A stretch of 64,000 bases of DNA from Gammaproteobacteria bacterium (GTDB taxonomy: Bacteria; Pseudomonadota; Gammaproteobacteria; Eutrophobiales; Eutrophobiaceae). Where the stretch lies: positions 2,267 through 66,266 of the forward strand of contig CBDCTH010000010.1 of assembly GCA_965222155.1 (NCBI GenBank). The letters are read 5' to 3'. This document shows positions 1 through 11,601 of the stretch, in pieces. Both the position numbers and the translations under genes were made by a program. Below the pieces are notes generated by a model. That model did no database searches. It was given only the letters and a program-made list of their open reading frames with translations, and was not told where the DNA came from. Numbering within the stretch: position 1 is the stretch's first letter; each line of letters begins with the position of its first letter.

Positions 1-104
1 GATATTTAGAGATTTCAATTACCTGTTTCTTTAAATATAAATACAAAGCGCTGTGGTCGAGTTCACTGAATGAATGTTCACACATGCCTTCATACAATTT
101 CGTT

Positions 105-271
105 ATCAGCGTATTTCACGGTCCCCCGTCCGTCATCCCCCCGTCCGTCATTCTGGCGAATGCCAGAATCCAGTGAAACAATGAGTCGCCAAAGGCGACA
201 CGCTAAGGAATTATGGGGACACAATACTTAATTATCCCGCCGTTGTTTTCAGAATTAAGTATTGTGTCCCC
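105..271. repeat. Composite intergenic repeat, copy 1. It consists of hairpins ATTCTGGCGAATGCCAGAAT and GTCGCCAAAGGCGAC plus a 57-bp palindrome GGGGACACAATACTTAATT...AATTAAGTATTGTGTCCCC at 215-271.
   Basis: Almost identical to 723-903. The terminal palindrome recurs at 847-903 and 17337-17391. Confidence 0.85.
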
Positions 272-407
272 AGAACTCGCCATGATTTACCATTCTCAAT
301 CCATGTTGTCGAAGTATGGAAGAATCCGCATCAACAGACAATGGCGAATTTGTTTTGAATGGTCCCAGAATGGGCCTGAAAATGTTGAGATAACCGATTA
401 CCACTGA
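272..407 (+). pseudogene. higB: HigB-type (RelE/ParE superfamily) toxin, C-terminal remnant only
   Basis: The C-terminal peptide RIRINRQWRICFEWSQNGPENVEITDYH matches the conserved HigB/killer-protein tail. The N-terminal part of the 64-aa ORF is encoded by the palindromic repeat (215-271), so the 5' half of the gene has been replaced. The remnant lies directly upstream of higA. Confidence 0.6.
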
Positions 408-423
408 TGATAAGTAAGCACTT

Positions 424-723
424 ATGAGTAAAACTCCAATACATCCGGGCACTGTATTAGGAGAAGAATTAGACGAGATTGGTATCAGCGCAGCAGAGTT
501 GGCGCGTCAACTTAAGATACCGACTAATCGCATCACACAGATTATTGCCGACCGCAGAAACGTCACTGCTGATACTGCATTGCGTCTTGGCAAATGGTTT
601 GGCACACCGGCTGTATTCTGGCTGAATTTGCAAAAGAGCTATGAACTGCGTCTTGCACAAAAGAAAATAGGGAATGAGTTGAACAAGATTCCATCTCGTG
701 ATCGCGAGATAGTTCATGCCTAA
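424..723 (+). CDS. higA: HigA antitoxin (XRE-family HTH, addiction module antidote)
   Basis: 99 aa. IHPGTVLGEELDEIGISAAELARQLKIPTNRITQIIADRRNVTADTALRLGKWFGT is the typical HigA/VapI HTH. It follows the higB remnant by 16 nt. Confidence 0.85.
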   Translation: MSKTPIHPGTVLGEELDEIGISAAELARQLKIPTNRITQIIADRRNVTADTALRLGKWFGTPAVFWLNLQKSYELRLAQKKIGNELNKIPSRDREIVHA

Positions 724-903
724 TCAGCGTATTTCACGGTCCCCCGTCCGTCATCCCCCCGTCCGTCATTCTGGCGAATGCCAGAATCCAGTGAAACAAT
801 GAGTCGCCAAAGGCGACACGCTAAGAATTATGGGGACAGGAATTATGGGGACACAATACTTAATTATCCCGCCGTTGTTTTCAGAATTAAGTATTGTGTC
901 CCC
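723..903. repeat. Composite intergenic repeat, copy 2 (direct repeat of 105-271 with a 12-15 bp internal duplication)
   Basis: Direct sequence comparison with 105-271. The two copies bracket the higB-remnant/higA module. Confidence 0.85.
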
Positions 904-918
904 AAAACTCCTATAAAA

Positions 919-999
919 TTGACAATTAATTGACAAACTACCCTACAGCATATAAATTGTTGACAATTAATTTTTTATATGTTGATAATTATTTGACAA
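919..999 (+). promoter_or_regulatory. Five phased TTGA(C/T)AA boxes upstream of the wHTH-HATPase-STAS gene. These could be a promoter, operator sites, or both.
   Basis: TTGACAA occurs at 919, 930, 960 and 993, and TTGATAA at 982. The spacings are 11, 30, 22 and 11 nt. TTGACA(960)-N17/18-GATAAT gives a plausible sigma70 promoter. Confidence 0.4.
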
Positions 1000-1016
1000 A
1001 TAAATACTCTCGCAGC

Positions 1017-2027
1017 ATGACCAGCAAAGAGAAAATCCTGACCCACCTGAAGTCACACCCGCCCTTGACCGGAACACAATTGTCACAGTACCTGGGCATC
1101 AGCCGGCAGGCATTAAATAATCATTTGAAAGAACTGATCGCGGCGGGTGATGTTGTTAAAACCGGTTCGACAAAGAATGCGCAATATTATCCGGGAGATA
1201 CCACGCTACCTTCCTCTACGTTTTCAAGACAACTGAAACTGGGGACGGCCGATGAAAGTAACATATACGAAATAATGTCAACGACATTAAATCTGAACTC
1301 GGAACTGAATTCCAATATCGGGTCAATCATTCATTATGCGTTTACCGAGATGTTGAATAACGCAATCGATCATGCTGAAACAGACCGGGGGATGGTATCT
1401 GTAACGCTCGGTCCGGGGATAATAAATTTTGAGATCCGTGATTATGGTATAGGTGTATTCCATTCAATTGCTTCGAAATATCAGCTTGAAGATGAAACTG
1501 CCGCAATGCTGGAATTGATTAAAGGCAAGATAACAACCATGCCTTCAGCACATACCGGAGAAGGTATATTTTTTACTTCAAAAATTGCTGACAGATTTAT
1601 ATTACGGTCACATCGTATAGGCATGGAATGGGACAGAAACAAGGATGATACTTATGTATCACAAATAAGACGTTTAAAAGGGACCCTGGTAAAATTTTCC
1701 ATCAGGCGGACTGCACGGCAAAGGCTGGATGAGATTTTTGAAGAGTTCGCGCCGGAAGATTATGACTACCGGTTTCAGAAAACCAAAATCCTGGTAAAAC
1801 TACTTCAGTCCGACTATATATCCCGATCTGAAGGACGTCGTTTAACCCATAACCTCCACAAATTTCAGGAAATCATGCTTGATTTTAAAGGTGTCAGTTC
1901 AATAGGCCAGGGTTTTGCCGATGAGGTTTTCCGTGTGTTTAAAAATCAATATCCTCAAATCACCATCAATATAACCAATACAAACAGCGTCGTTGATGCA
2001 ATGATACGGCACGTGAAGGTCCAATAA
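1017..2027 (+). CDS. Winged-HTH / GHKL-type HATPase (RsbW/SpoIIAB-like) / C-terminal STAS-like (DUF4325-type) fusion protein
   Basis: N-terminal LTGTQLSQYLGISRQALNNHLKELIAAGDV (ArsR/DeoR-like wHTH). The middle region has EMLNNAIDHA...DYGIGV...GEGIFF (N, G1 and G2 boxes of an anti-sigma-type ATPase). The C-terminal region has GVSSIGQGFADEVFRVF. The likely start is ATG 1017, since the ORF-track start at 930 is a TTG inside the promoter repeats. Confidence 0.7.
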   Translation: MTSKEKILTHLKSHPPLTGTQLSQYLGISRQALNNHLKELIAAGDVVKTGSTKNAQYYPGDTTLPSSTFSRQLKLGTADESNIYEIMSTTLNLNSELNSNIGSIIHYAFTEMLNNAIDHAETDRGMVSVTLGPGIINFEIRDYGIGVFHSIASKYQLEDETAAMLELIKGKITTMPSAHTGEGIFFTSKIADRFILRSHRIGMEWDRNKDDTYVSQIRRLKGTLVKFSIRRTARQRLDEIFEEFAPEDYDYRFQKTKILVKLLQSDYISRSEGRRLTHNLHKFQEIMLDFKGVSSIGQGFADEVFRVFKNQYPQITINITNTNSVVDAMIRHVKVQ

Positions 2028-2138
2028 ATACCCGCATCTGCCCTGGAGAGAGTGTAATCCTGTGGATGAACGTCTTAACCTCGTTGGCGAGTTCATGCCG
2101 GGTAAGCGCATCTCCAGTACGCACCGCGCCGGAATTGA

Positions 2139-2211
2139 TGGGCCGTCAGGGATTCGAACCCTGGACCTTGGGATTAAGAGTCCCCTGCTCTACCAGCTAA
2201 GCTAACGGCCC
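2139..2211 (-). tRNA. tRNA-Lys (anticodon CTT)
   Basis: The reverse complement GGGCCGTTAGCTTAGCTGGTAGAGCAGGGGACTCTTAATCCCAAGGTCCAGGGTTCGAATCCCTGACGGCCCA folds as a cloverleaf. The anticodon loop is CTCTTAA. Confidence 0.85.
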
Positions 2212-2231
2212 TATTGGTGATGATGATAGTT

Positions 2232-2308
2232 TGGGGTGAGTGATGGGGATTGAACCCACGACCACCGGAACCACAATCCGGCGCTCTACCGACTGAGCTA
2301 CACTCACC
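2232..2308 (-). tRNA. tRNA-His (anticodon GTG, with G-1 and encoded CCA)
   Basis: The reverse complement is GGTGAGTGTAGCTCAGTCGGTAGAGCGCCGGATTGTGGTTCCGGTGGTCGTGGGTTCAATCCCCATCACTCACCCCA. The anticodon loop is TTGTGGT. Confidence 0.9.
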
Positions 2309-2410
2309 ATAATTACCATTCCTGCGTAAGCGGGAATCCAGCAAATAATACATCGCTCCCGTCTAACGACATGCCGGGGCGGACTGCGGCGACACAATAT
2401 TCACTCTAAT

Positions 2411-2487
2411 TGGCGCGCTCGAGAGGACTCGAACCTCTAACCCTCGGCTTAGAAGGCCGATGCTCTATCCGGTTGAGCTACGAGCGC
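2411..2487 (-). tRNA. tRNA-Arg (anticodon TCT)
   Basis: The reverse complement is GCGCTCGTAGCTCAACCGGATAGAGCATCGGCCTTCTAAGCCGAGGGTTAGAGGTTCGAGTCCTCTCGAGCGCGCCA. The anticodon loop is CTTCTAA. Confidence 0.9.
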
Positions 2488-2554
2488 AACTCTGGATGTA
2501 AATGATGATCCTTGCCAGGTCGAGGTATCAGATACTTTTCGACGTAACAGAATT

Positions 2555-2631
2555 TGGTCGGGGCAGAGGGATTTGAACCCCCGACCCTCTGCTCCCAAAG
2601 CAGATGCGCTACCAGACTGCGCCATGCCCCG
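2555..2631 (-). tRNA. tRNA-Pro (anticodon TGG)
   Basis: The reverse complement is CGGGGCATGGCGCAGTCTGGTAGCGCATCTGCTTTGGGAGCAGAGGGTCGGGGGTTCAAATCCCTCTGCCCCGACCA. The anticodon loop is TTTGGGA. Confidence 0.9.
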
Positions 2632-2729
2632 AGCCACGTCCGGGTGACGCGCCATGATACGTCTTGAGCATATATACGTCAATCAATTGTGTGTTAGTCC
2701 AAAAGTTCCGGCTGTTAGCAGGAGGAGGG

Positions 2730-4112
2730 TTACTTTCTGCGCCAGGTGGTACCGCTGGGGCCATCCTCCAGTATTATGCCTTGCTCGAACAGTTGGGTGC
2801 GGATATGATCTGCTGCGGCGTAGTTCTTTTCCGTCTTCGCCTGCGCCCGTTTTTCGATCAGCTGTGTGATTTGTTCCGTTGTGATACCTGCATTTCCGGT
2901 TGTAGCGTGAAGGAACTCAGCGGGCGGCATCTGCATGATGCCCAATACGTCGCCAAGCCGTATCAAGGTCCTGGCAAGACAGGCGGCTTGCTCTGATAAC
3001 TTATCGTCCAGGCGGTTTATCTCACCGGCGATCTCGTGCAACACCGTTACCGCCTCACGGGTATTGAAATCATCGTCCATGACCTGCTCAAAACGCTGCC
3101 TGTAGTCAGATGATATCTCCCCCTTCCCGGGGTCGATATCTCGGATGGAAGTATACAGTCGAGTCAGGCCGGCCCTGGCCTCATCAAGGTGTGCATTGGA
3201 ATAATTCAACGGGCTTCGATAATGGCTGGAGAGTATGAAAAAACGGATCACCTCGGGCAGGTAGCGCGCCATGACTTCCTTGACAGTAAAAAAATTACCC
3301 AGTGATTTCGACATTTTTTCGTCATCAACCCGCACGAACCCGTTGTGCATCCACAGGTTCACGAAGGTCTTGCTGCCGGCGCCGCAACTCTGGGCAATTT
3401 CATTTTCATGGTGTGGAAATTGCAGGTCCTGGCCGCCGCCGTGAATGTCGAAATCCTCACCCAGGCAATGGGTCGACATGGCGGAGCATTCGATATGCCA
3501 GCCGGGTCGCCCCCGACCCCAGGGAGAATCCCAGGCCGGCTCACCGGGCTTTTCCATCTTCCACAAAACGAAATCGACCGGGTCCGCCTTCACGTCCTGA
3601 ATCTCCACGCGTATTCCGGCACGCAACTCCTCGATATTCTTGCCGGATAATTTTCCGTAGTCCTTGAAAGCGCTGACGTTGTAAAACACGTCGCCATTCT
3701 CCGCCTGGTAGGCAAAACCGTTCTCCAGCAAACGGCTTATCATGGTAATGATCTGCTCAATGTGCTCCGTTGCCCTGGGCTCCTGGTCGGGAATGAGTAC
3801 ATTGAGCGCAGCAAAATCCTCATTCATTGCCCGGATAAAACGTTCGGTCAATTCATTGAACGGTTCACCGTTTGCCAGTGAACGGTTGATGATCTTGTCG
3901 TCTATGTCGGTTATATTGCGTATGTAGTTCACCTCATAGCCGCGAAATCGAAAATACCGGACGACCATGTCGAAGACCAGGATCATGCGTGCATGGCCAA
4001 TATGACAATAATCGTAAACCGTGATGCCGCACACGTACATGCGCACCTTACCGGGTTCGATAGGTTGGAACTTTTCCTTTTGTCGCGTTAATGAGTTATA
4101 TATATTCAGCAT
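2730..4112 (-). CDS. cysS: Cysteine--tRNA ligase
   Basis: [16 protein letters not shown]-terminus, HIGH-type CHIGHAR motif, [10 protein letters not shown] motif, and about 460 aa. ATG at 4112 is preferred over the extended ORF start at 4148. Confidence 0.95.
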   Translation of the reverse strand: MLNIYNSLTRQKEKFQPIEPGKVRMYVCGITVYDYCHIGHARMILVFDMVVRYFRFRGYEVNYIRNITDIDDKIINRSLANGEPFNELTERFIRAMNEDFAALNVLIPDQEPRATEHIEQIITMISRLLENGFAYQAENGDVFYNVSAFKDYGKLSGKNIEELRAGIRVEIQDVKADPVDFVLWKMEKPGEPAWDSPWGRGRPGWHIECSAMSTHCLGEDFDIHGGGQDLQFPHHENEIAQSCGAGSKTFVNLWMHNGFVRVDDEKMSKSLGNFFTVKEVMARYLPEVIRFFILSSHYRSPLNYSNAHLDEARAGLTRLYTSIRDIDPGKGEISSDYRQRFEQVMDDDFNTREAVTVLHEIAGEINRLDDKLSEQAACLARTLIRLGDVLGIMQMPPAEFLHATTGNAGITTEQITQLIEKRAQAKTEKNYAAADHIRTQLFEQGIILEDGPSGTTWRRK

Positions 4113-4169
4113 TGAAAGATGAACTATTGCTAAAAATAAAACGGGCATGGTATCAAAAGAAAGCGACCT

Positions 4170-4913
4170 ATGGACACGTTATTTGTCTCTGACCTGCACT
4201 TATCAACCGAACGGCCTGAAAAGATCGAGTTATTCAGGCAATTCTGCAACGGCCCGGCGCGCACCGCGAATGCAGTGTACATACTTGGCGACCTGTTCGA
4301 AAACTTCTGGGCAGGCAACGACGAACGCACTCCTCCGGCTGAAGAGGTAATCAACGTCTTACGGGATTGTTGTCGTCACAACAAGCATGTTTACCTGATG
4401 CGGGGCAACCGCGACCTGATGCTCGATCACGGATTCTGTGCGCTGACGGGATGCACGCTGCTGGGGGACAAGACCGTCATCGATATCGGCGGTCAGGCGA
4501 CTTTGATCATGCACGGCGACCTGCTTTGTACCCGGGATAGGAAATACCAGTTATATCGAAAGTTCATGGATGCTCCATTTATTCGGCGCTTGTATCTAAG
4601 CCTGCCCTACCGGTTACGCATTTTGTTATCCCGCGGCCTGCAGCCGCTGATAAAAAAATCAGCCGCGGGAAAGCCGCCGGAGATAATTGACGTCGACCAG
4701 GCCAGCGTAGAAGCGGCCATGACCAGGCACAAAACTACCGAACTGATACACGGCCATACCCACAAGCCCGGCTTTCACCATTTTGACCTGAACGGACAAA
4801 CGGCGCGCCGCATCGTACTTGGCGACTGGTATGAACAGGATTCGGTGCTGGTGTGCCGGGGAACAGAGAGGAAACTCCTGCGCGTACACGAATACATCAA
4901 ATCCGCAGATTGA
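4170..4913 (+). CDS. lpxH: UDP-2,3-diacylglucosamine diphosphatase
   Basis: 247 aa with the metallophosphoesterase motifs DLHL, GDLFE, RGNRD, HGD and GHTH in LpxH order and spacing. Confidence 0.9.
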   Translation: MDTLFVSDLHLSTERPEKIELFRQFCNGPARTANAVYILGDLFENFWAGNDERTPPAEEVINVLRDCCRHNKHVYLMRGNRDLMLDHGFCALTGCTLLGDKTVIDIGGQATLIMHGDLLCTRDRKYQLYRKFMDAPFIRRLYLSLPYRLRILLSRGLQPLIKKSAAGKPPEIIDVDQASVEAAMTRHKTTELIHGHTHKPGFHHFDLNGQTARRIVLGDWYEQDSVLVCRGTERKLLRVHEYIKSAD

Positions 4914-4916
4914 TAT

Positions 4917-5022
4917 TAGGGAACCTCTATTTATTCACAAATTGATATATTAGCGGTCAATGATTTCAATAAGTTAGCGACCCTGTGTATCGAAAAATGT
5001 CTATTATTAGAGGTTCCCATTA
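4917..5022. repeat. Inverted repeat TTAGGGAACCTCTA ... TAGAGGTTCCC between convergent lpxH and ampE. It may be a terminator or a small palindromic element.
   Basis: Arms of about 11-14 bp at about 4917-4930 and about 5008-5020, with an AT-rich spacer of about 80 nt. Confidence 0.4.
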
Positions 5023-5038
5023 TATATGCGCGGATAAA

Positions 5039-5908
5039 TCAATTTATCCAGCCGGCTATGGTCATCAGTCCCATTACGATCAGCCATACGATCAGGGTAC
5101 GAGTGATCAAGGCCTGGGTATCCCTGAGCCGGGCGATAAAAACCTCGTTATCCGCGTCCGTTGCCTCCCCGTTTTCGGAGTCATAGTGAAGCGCGCCAAA
5201 GCCTGAAACCGTAATCACCTCTCTGCTCGCATCCAGGGTATTACCGGATACCGTGCGCCAGCTTTCCAGGGCGCTCACCAGACTGCCGCCCAGGGCAAAC
5301 CCCAGGGCAAGCAGGCGGGCGGACGGCCACATCAATATATTATGCAAGTCCCTTACCGCAGCGGCATATCCACTATCAATCTTTTCATGCTTGCGCGCCA
5401 GGTTTACCACCAGGCAATACATTAATGCGCCTACCGCTCCCAACAGCAGGAACCAGAAAATGACGGCAAACAGGTATTCATGGGCGCGCAACATGATTGA
5501 ACTTATCACGCGGTCATGATTTAGCTCGCCGTCAGAAACACCGCCATACAGAATTTGCTCCAGGATTTCACGGCAGGTGTCGTCATCGTTGCCGCTCAGG
5601 GCATCTGTGTACCTGTTTACCAGCGAACGCAGCACCGGACCAAAGCTGTAAACCAGTATCAGTAAAGAAAGTAAAAACCCCAGCACAAAATGGATCTCGC
5701 CCACCAGGTAAATCAGGACGCCCAGCAATACAAGCGGAATAAACAGAGTGGCCAGAAGGCCGCCGACACCGTTCCAGAAATCGAGACCTCCCATCCTGGC
5801 TTCCAGCCAGTTTCCGTAGTGCTCAAACCACGCCAGGTTCCGGTACCTGTCAAAGTCGCCCAATTGGGCTTCCACGCCAAGCGCAATCAATACCATAATG
5901 AGGTTCAT
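5039..5908 (-). CDS. ampE: AmpE-like inner-membrane regulatory protein
   Basis: 289-aa multi-TM protein immediately downstream of ampD. This is the classical nadC / ampD-ampE arrangement. Confidence 0.75.
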   Translation of the reverse strand: MNLIMVLIALGVEAQLGDFDRYRNLAWFEHYGNWLEARMGGLDFWNGVGGLLATLFIPLVLLGVLIYLVGEIHFVLGFLLSLLILVYSFGPVLRSLVNRYTDALSGNDDDTCREILEQILYGGVSDGELNHDRVISSIMLRAHEYLFAVIFWFLLLGAVGALMYCLVVNLARKHEKIDSGYAAAVRDLHNILMWPSARLLALGFALGGSLVSALESWRTVSGNTLDASREVITVSGFGALHYDSENGEATDADNEVFIARLRDTQALITRTLIVWLIVMGLMTIAGWIN

Positions 5909-5969
5909 GTCAAAATGATAATGTATTTACGGGGGAAATACACAAGTATTGCTATTCATCCGTAAAATA

Positions 5970-6527
5970 CTAACGTTCACTGAGTAACGAGTATAATCTG
6001 TCCCAGTCAAACACCGGGCCGGGATCGGTTTTACGTTCCGGGGAGATATAACAATGTCCCCTGATATTTGCACCGGCAAGCAGCGGCCAGACCTGTTGCA
6101 GTTCTGTTATTACTTGCGCCAGCACTTCATACTGTTGCGCTTCGTATTTTATATCGTCGGCGCCTTCCAGTTCGATACCGATGGAAAAATCGTTACAGTT
6201 TGGCCGTCCGTTGAATGCAGAGTTGCCGGCGTGCCAGGCGCGCTTGTGAAACGGAACGAATTGTATGATCTCTCCTTTCCGGCCTATCAAAAGATGCGCT
6301 GATACCCTCATGTCTTTAAGTTGTTCAAAATAAGGATGCGCATCAGGATCAAGCGTATTGCAGAACAACTGCTCAATACAGGAACTGCCGAACTCCCCCG
6401 GAGGCAGGCTGATACCGTGAATGACAAGCAGGCATATATCGGCCCGTTCCGGCCTCTCGTCATAATTCGGTGACGGGATACGCCGCACGTTTTGTAACCA
6501 TTGCGCCTTGTCGTCAAGTTTTACCAT
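5970..6527 (-). CDS. ampD: 1,6-anhydro-N-acetylmuramyl-L-alanine amidase
   Basis: 185 aa with SPNYDERP, LLVIHGISLPPGEFG, HLLIGRKGEIIQFVPFHKRAWHAG and NDFSIGIELEG (amidase_2 / AmpD signature). Confidence 0.9.
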   Translation of the reverse strand: MVKLDDKAQWLQNVRRIPSPNYDERPERADICLLVIHGISLPPGEFGSSCIEQLFCNTLDPDAHPYFEQLKDMRVSAHLLIGRKGEIIQFVPFHKRAWHAGNSAFNGRPNCNDFSIGIELEGADDIKYEAQQYEVLAQVITELQQVWPLLAGANIRGHCYISPERKTDPGPVFDWDRLYSLLSER

Positions 6528-6568
6528 TTTAGTACACGATAATTAAGCATTGTCCCCAGAACAGCATT

Positions 6569-9064
<2,496 letters not shown>

Positions 9065-9105
9065 ACTATCCCGTCGGTTTAACCATGCTATGACCGCTGA
9101 CTTGA

Positions 9106-9762
9106 ATGGATATGCAGAGTGAAAATAAAAAAATCAGGATCCTCCTGGTTGATGACCATGCCGTGGTGCGCGCAGGCTATCAAATGCTATTGAAACAGTC
9201 GGACAAGACCGAGATCATCGCTGAGGCATGCAGCGGAGAGCAAGCCAGTAAACTGTTTACTGACCTGAGCCCGGACGTGGTGGTCATGGATCTGTCACTA
9301 CCCGGCATGAGCGGCCTTGAGGCAATCCAACGCATCATCCGTAAAGACGCAAACGCCAAAATACTGGTGTTCAGCATGCATGAAGATACTGTATTCGTAG
9401 ATCAGGCCCTGCGCGCAGGCGCCCGCGGTTACCTGACCAAAAGCAGTGCCCCGAAAACCCTGATCAAGGCCATTGAAGAAATTGCCCGGGGCGGAGTATA
9501 TATCGATGACCGGTTGGTGCAGCACCTGGCTTTTCAGAAAGCGCGTGGTGAAACCGGACCGTTTTCCGGCCTGTCCACCAGGGAATTTGAAATATTCTGT
9601 CTGCTCGCGGAGGGCCTGAACATCAATGAGATAGCCGCCCGTCTCTCTATCGGCTATAAAACGGTAGCCAACTACAGTTCACAGATAAAAAACAAGCTGG
9701 AGGTCAATACCACCGCCGAACTGGCCCGACTGGCAATCCGCCACAACATCCTGCAAGCCTGA
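9106..9762 (+). CDS. NarL/FixJ-family response regulator (REC + LuxR HTH)
   Basis: IRILLVDDHAVVRAGY...DVVVMDLSLPGMSG receiver domain. The C-terminal LSTREFEIFCLLAEGLNINEIAARLSIGYKTVANYSSQIKNKL is a LuxR-type HTH. Confidence 0.9.
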   Translation: MDMQSENKKIRILLVDDHAVVRAGYQMLLKQSDKTEIIAEACSGEQASKLFTDLSPDVVVMDLSLPGMSGLEAIQRIIRKDANAKILVFSMHEDTVFVDQALRAGARGYLTKSSAPKTLIKAIEEIARGGVYIDDRLVQHLAFQKARGETGPFSGLSTREFEIFCLLAEGLNINEIAARLSIGYKTVANYSSQIKNKLEVNTTAELARLAIRHNILQA

Positions 9763-9776
9763 TACGTTGGGACTCC

Positions 9777-9801
9777 GGGGACGGATTTGAAATCCGTCCC
9801 C
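9777..9801. terminator. GGGGAC-hairpin (GGGGACGGATTTGAAATCCGTCCCC) between convergent genes
   Basis: Perfect 9-bp stem. It belongs to a family also seen at 28356-28380, 29702-29726, 44782-44807 and 55624-55648. Confidence 0.6.
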
Positions 9802-9812
9802 TTATACCATCC

Positions 9813-10436
9813 TTAAAGTTTGCTCTTCACCAACTCATAGATCGTTTCCGTAGCAACCCCCGCGCCGGACAACACCTGTTCCAGTTGTTGGCGTCTGCCA
9901 TTCACAAAATCTTCGTCCCTGATCCCGCCTATATTGATATAAACGTTTAAAGCCGCGCTGCGGAGCGCGGCATGGGCGGCCAGCACGGCGACGCCGGCGT
10001 CGCTGATCACGTTGAGATTGCCTTTTTCCGCCACCGGACGGCATAACTCGATCACGTCCGCGCAGAGTTGTGCGCAGGCAAGCGGCACATCCGTGGCTTC
10101 TTTCAGGGCCGCCTGGATAGCCTGGGACCGCTGTGCTTTTTCCACATCGGTTTCCCTGGCCATGCCGTAGGCCGCCATTACCTTGTCGAACACGTCGACG
10201 TCCGCCTGGATCATGCCGGTCAGCCGGGTGCGCAACGCTTCGGACTGCTCCAGGAACCCCTGCATCTCCGCCTCGACGTCTTCATGTTTCTTTTTTCCCA
10301 CGGTGAGATTGGCCACCATACTGATCAACGCCGCTCCCATTGCTCCCATGATCGCTGCGGCACTGCCGCCCCCGGGAGTGGATGCCTTTGAAGCGAGTTG
10401 GTCGAGAAAAGTCTGTAATTGTTGTTCCTTAAACAT
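9813..10436 (-). CDS. fchA: Methenyltetrahydrofolate cyclohydrolase (cyclodeaminase/cyclohydrolase family, FchA-like)
   Basis: 207 aa with FLDQLASKASTPGGGSAAAIMGAMGAALISMVANLTVGKKK, ATDVPLAC and EKGNLNVISDAGVAVLAAHAALRSAALNVYIN. It resembles the methylotroph Fch sequence along its whole length, as recalled from memory. Confidence 0.8.
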   Translation of the reverse strand: MFKEQQLQTFLDQLASKASTPGGGSAAAIMGAMGAALISMVANLTVGKKKHEDVEAEMQGFLEQSEALRTRLTGMIQADVDVFDKVMAAYGMARETDVEKAQRSQAIQAALKEATDVPLACAQLCADVIELCRPVAEKGNLNVISDAGVAVLAAHAALRSAALNVYINIGGIRDEDFVNGRRQQLEQVLSGAGVATETIYELVKSKL

Positions 10437-10700
10437 AAATGTTGCCTCTTAGCGGGTTTTTGTATTCTAATATGTCCTATTGCAATCTGCGCCAGCGAGT
10501 ATAACGGATTTATCCGCAGTTGACGTATCCCTGTTGACGCAGATGGGCGTAAACAGCTCCGTCCCCCGTCTGCTCTGTCCCCAGTCTCTCAGAATCAGTA
10601 TAATTCACCTGGGGTCAGTGCGGATTCAATCAGGTCGACGTAAAAAGGACGCTACTTTTTCAGCAACATCAATCAACAATAAATACTATGAGGAAACAAA

Positions 10701-11558
10701 ATGAAAAAACTTCTGTTCCAACTGGATACCGACCAACATGCCGCCGTATTCGATACCGTGGTAGGCTTCGACGGTGGAGCTGACCACGTCATTGGTCATG
10801 GCGGTTGCACACCTGAGAACGTGCGCGCACTGGTAGAAGGCGCCATATTCACCCGTAGCCCGAAAGAAAAGAAAAACACTGCCCTGTTTATCGGCGGCAG
10901 CGATATGGTCGCCGGAGAAAAACTGCTGGATGCAGTGCAAAATGTGTTCTTTGCCGATTTTCGCGTATCCGTTATGCTTGATAGTAACGGTAGCAACACC
11001 ACGGCTGCGGCTGCCGTCGCCAAACTCATGAGCACAAGTGGGATTAGCGGCAAGAAAGTGGTCATCCTGGGAGGAACAGGCCCGGTCGGCCAGCGCGCCG
11101 CCGTCATGCTGACCCGGGAAGGCGCCGAGGTCGTATTATGCTCCCGCGGCCAGGAACGCGCGCAAGCGGCCTGCGACGCATTAAAGAACCGTTTCGGTGT
11201 GGATGTCACTGCCCTGGGCGCCGCCACTAACGAAGACCGCGCCCAGGCCGTGGAAGATGCACAGATCGTAATTGCAACGGGCGCTGCTGGGGTGCAGCTA
11301 CTCAACCGCGAGCACTGGGAAAATAATCCCGCAATCGAAATGCTCGCCGACGCCAATGCCACACCGCCGCTGGGTATTGAAGGTGTCGATATGATGGACC
11401 GGGGCAAAGATCGTAGCGGCAAGACCTGCTGGGGAGCAATCGGTTTCGGCACCCTGAAACTCGCCCTGCACCGGGCCTGTATCGCAAAGCTGTTTGAAAG
11501 TAACGACCAAGTCTTCGACGCCGAGGAAATCTTCGCCCTGGCGAAGACTATGACGTGA
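10701..11558 (+). CDS. mtdA: NADP-dependent methylene-tetrahydrofolate/methylene-tetrahydromethanopterin dehydrogenase (MtdA-like)
   Basis: 285 aa. KKLLFQLDTDQHAAVFDTVVGFDGGADHV...ALFIGGSDMVAGEKLL...FRVSVMLDSNGSNTTAAAAVA matches the MtdA family pattern. It is divergent from fchA. Confidence 0.8.
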   Translation: MKKLLFQLDTDQHAAVFDTVVGFDGGADHVIGHGGCTPENVRALVEGAIFTRSPKEKKNTALFIGGSDMVAGEKLLDAVQNVFFADFRVSVMLDSNGSNTTAAAAVAKLMSTSGISGKKVVILGGTGPVGQRAAVMLTREGAEVVLCSRGQERAQAACDALKNRFGVDVTALGAATNEDRAQAVEDAQIVIATGAAGVQLLNREHWENNPAIEMLADANATPPLGIEGVDMMDRGKDRSGKTCWGAIGFGTLKLALHRACIAKLFESNDQVFDAEEIFALAKTMT

Positions 11559-11601
11559 TATTTATCTGCAGATTTATCCGAAGTGGACGCAGATTAAAAA
11601 T

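Noticed and set aside
930-1016. The TTG start at 930 for the wHTH-HATPase gene, together with similar extended starts at 4148, 6729, 31972 and 38320.
   Set aside because: The extensions run through promoter boxes or repeat elements and encode low-complexity or repeat-derived peptides. Internal ATG or GTG codons give N-termini matching the families.
2197-2682. ORFs overlapping the tRNA cluster (2197-2397 and 2449-2682).
   Set aside because: They are antisense or overlapping translations of four well-folded tRNA genes and repeat hairpins.
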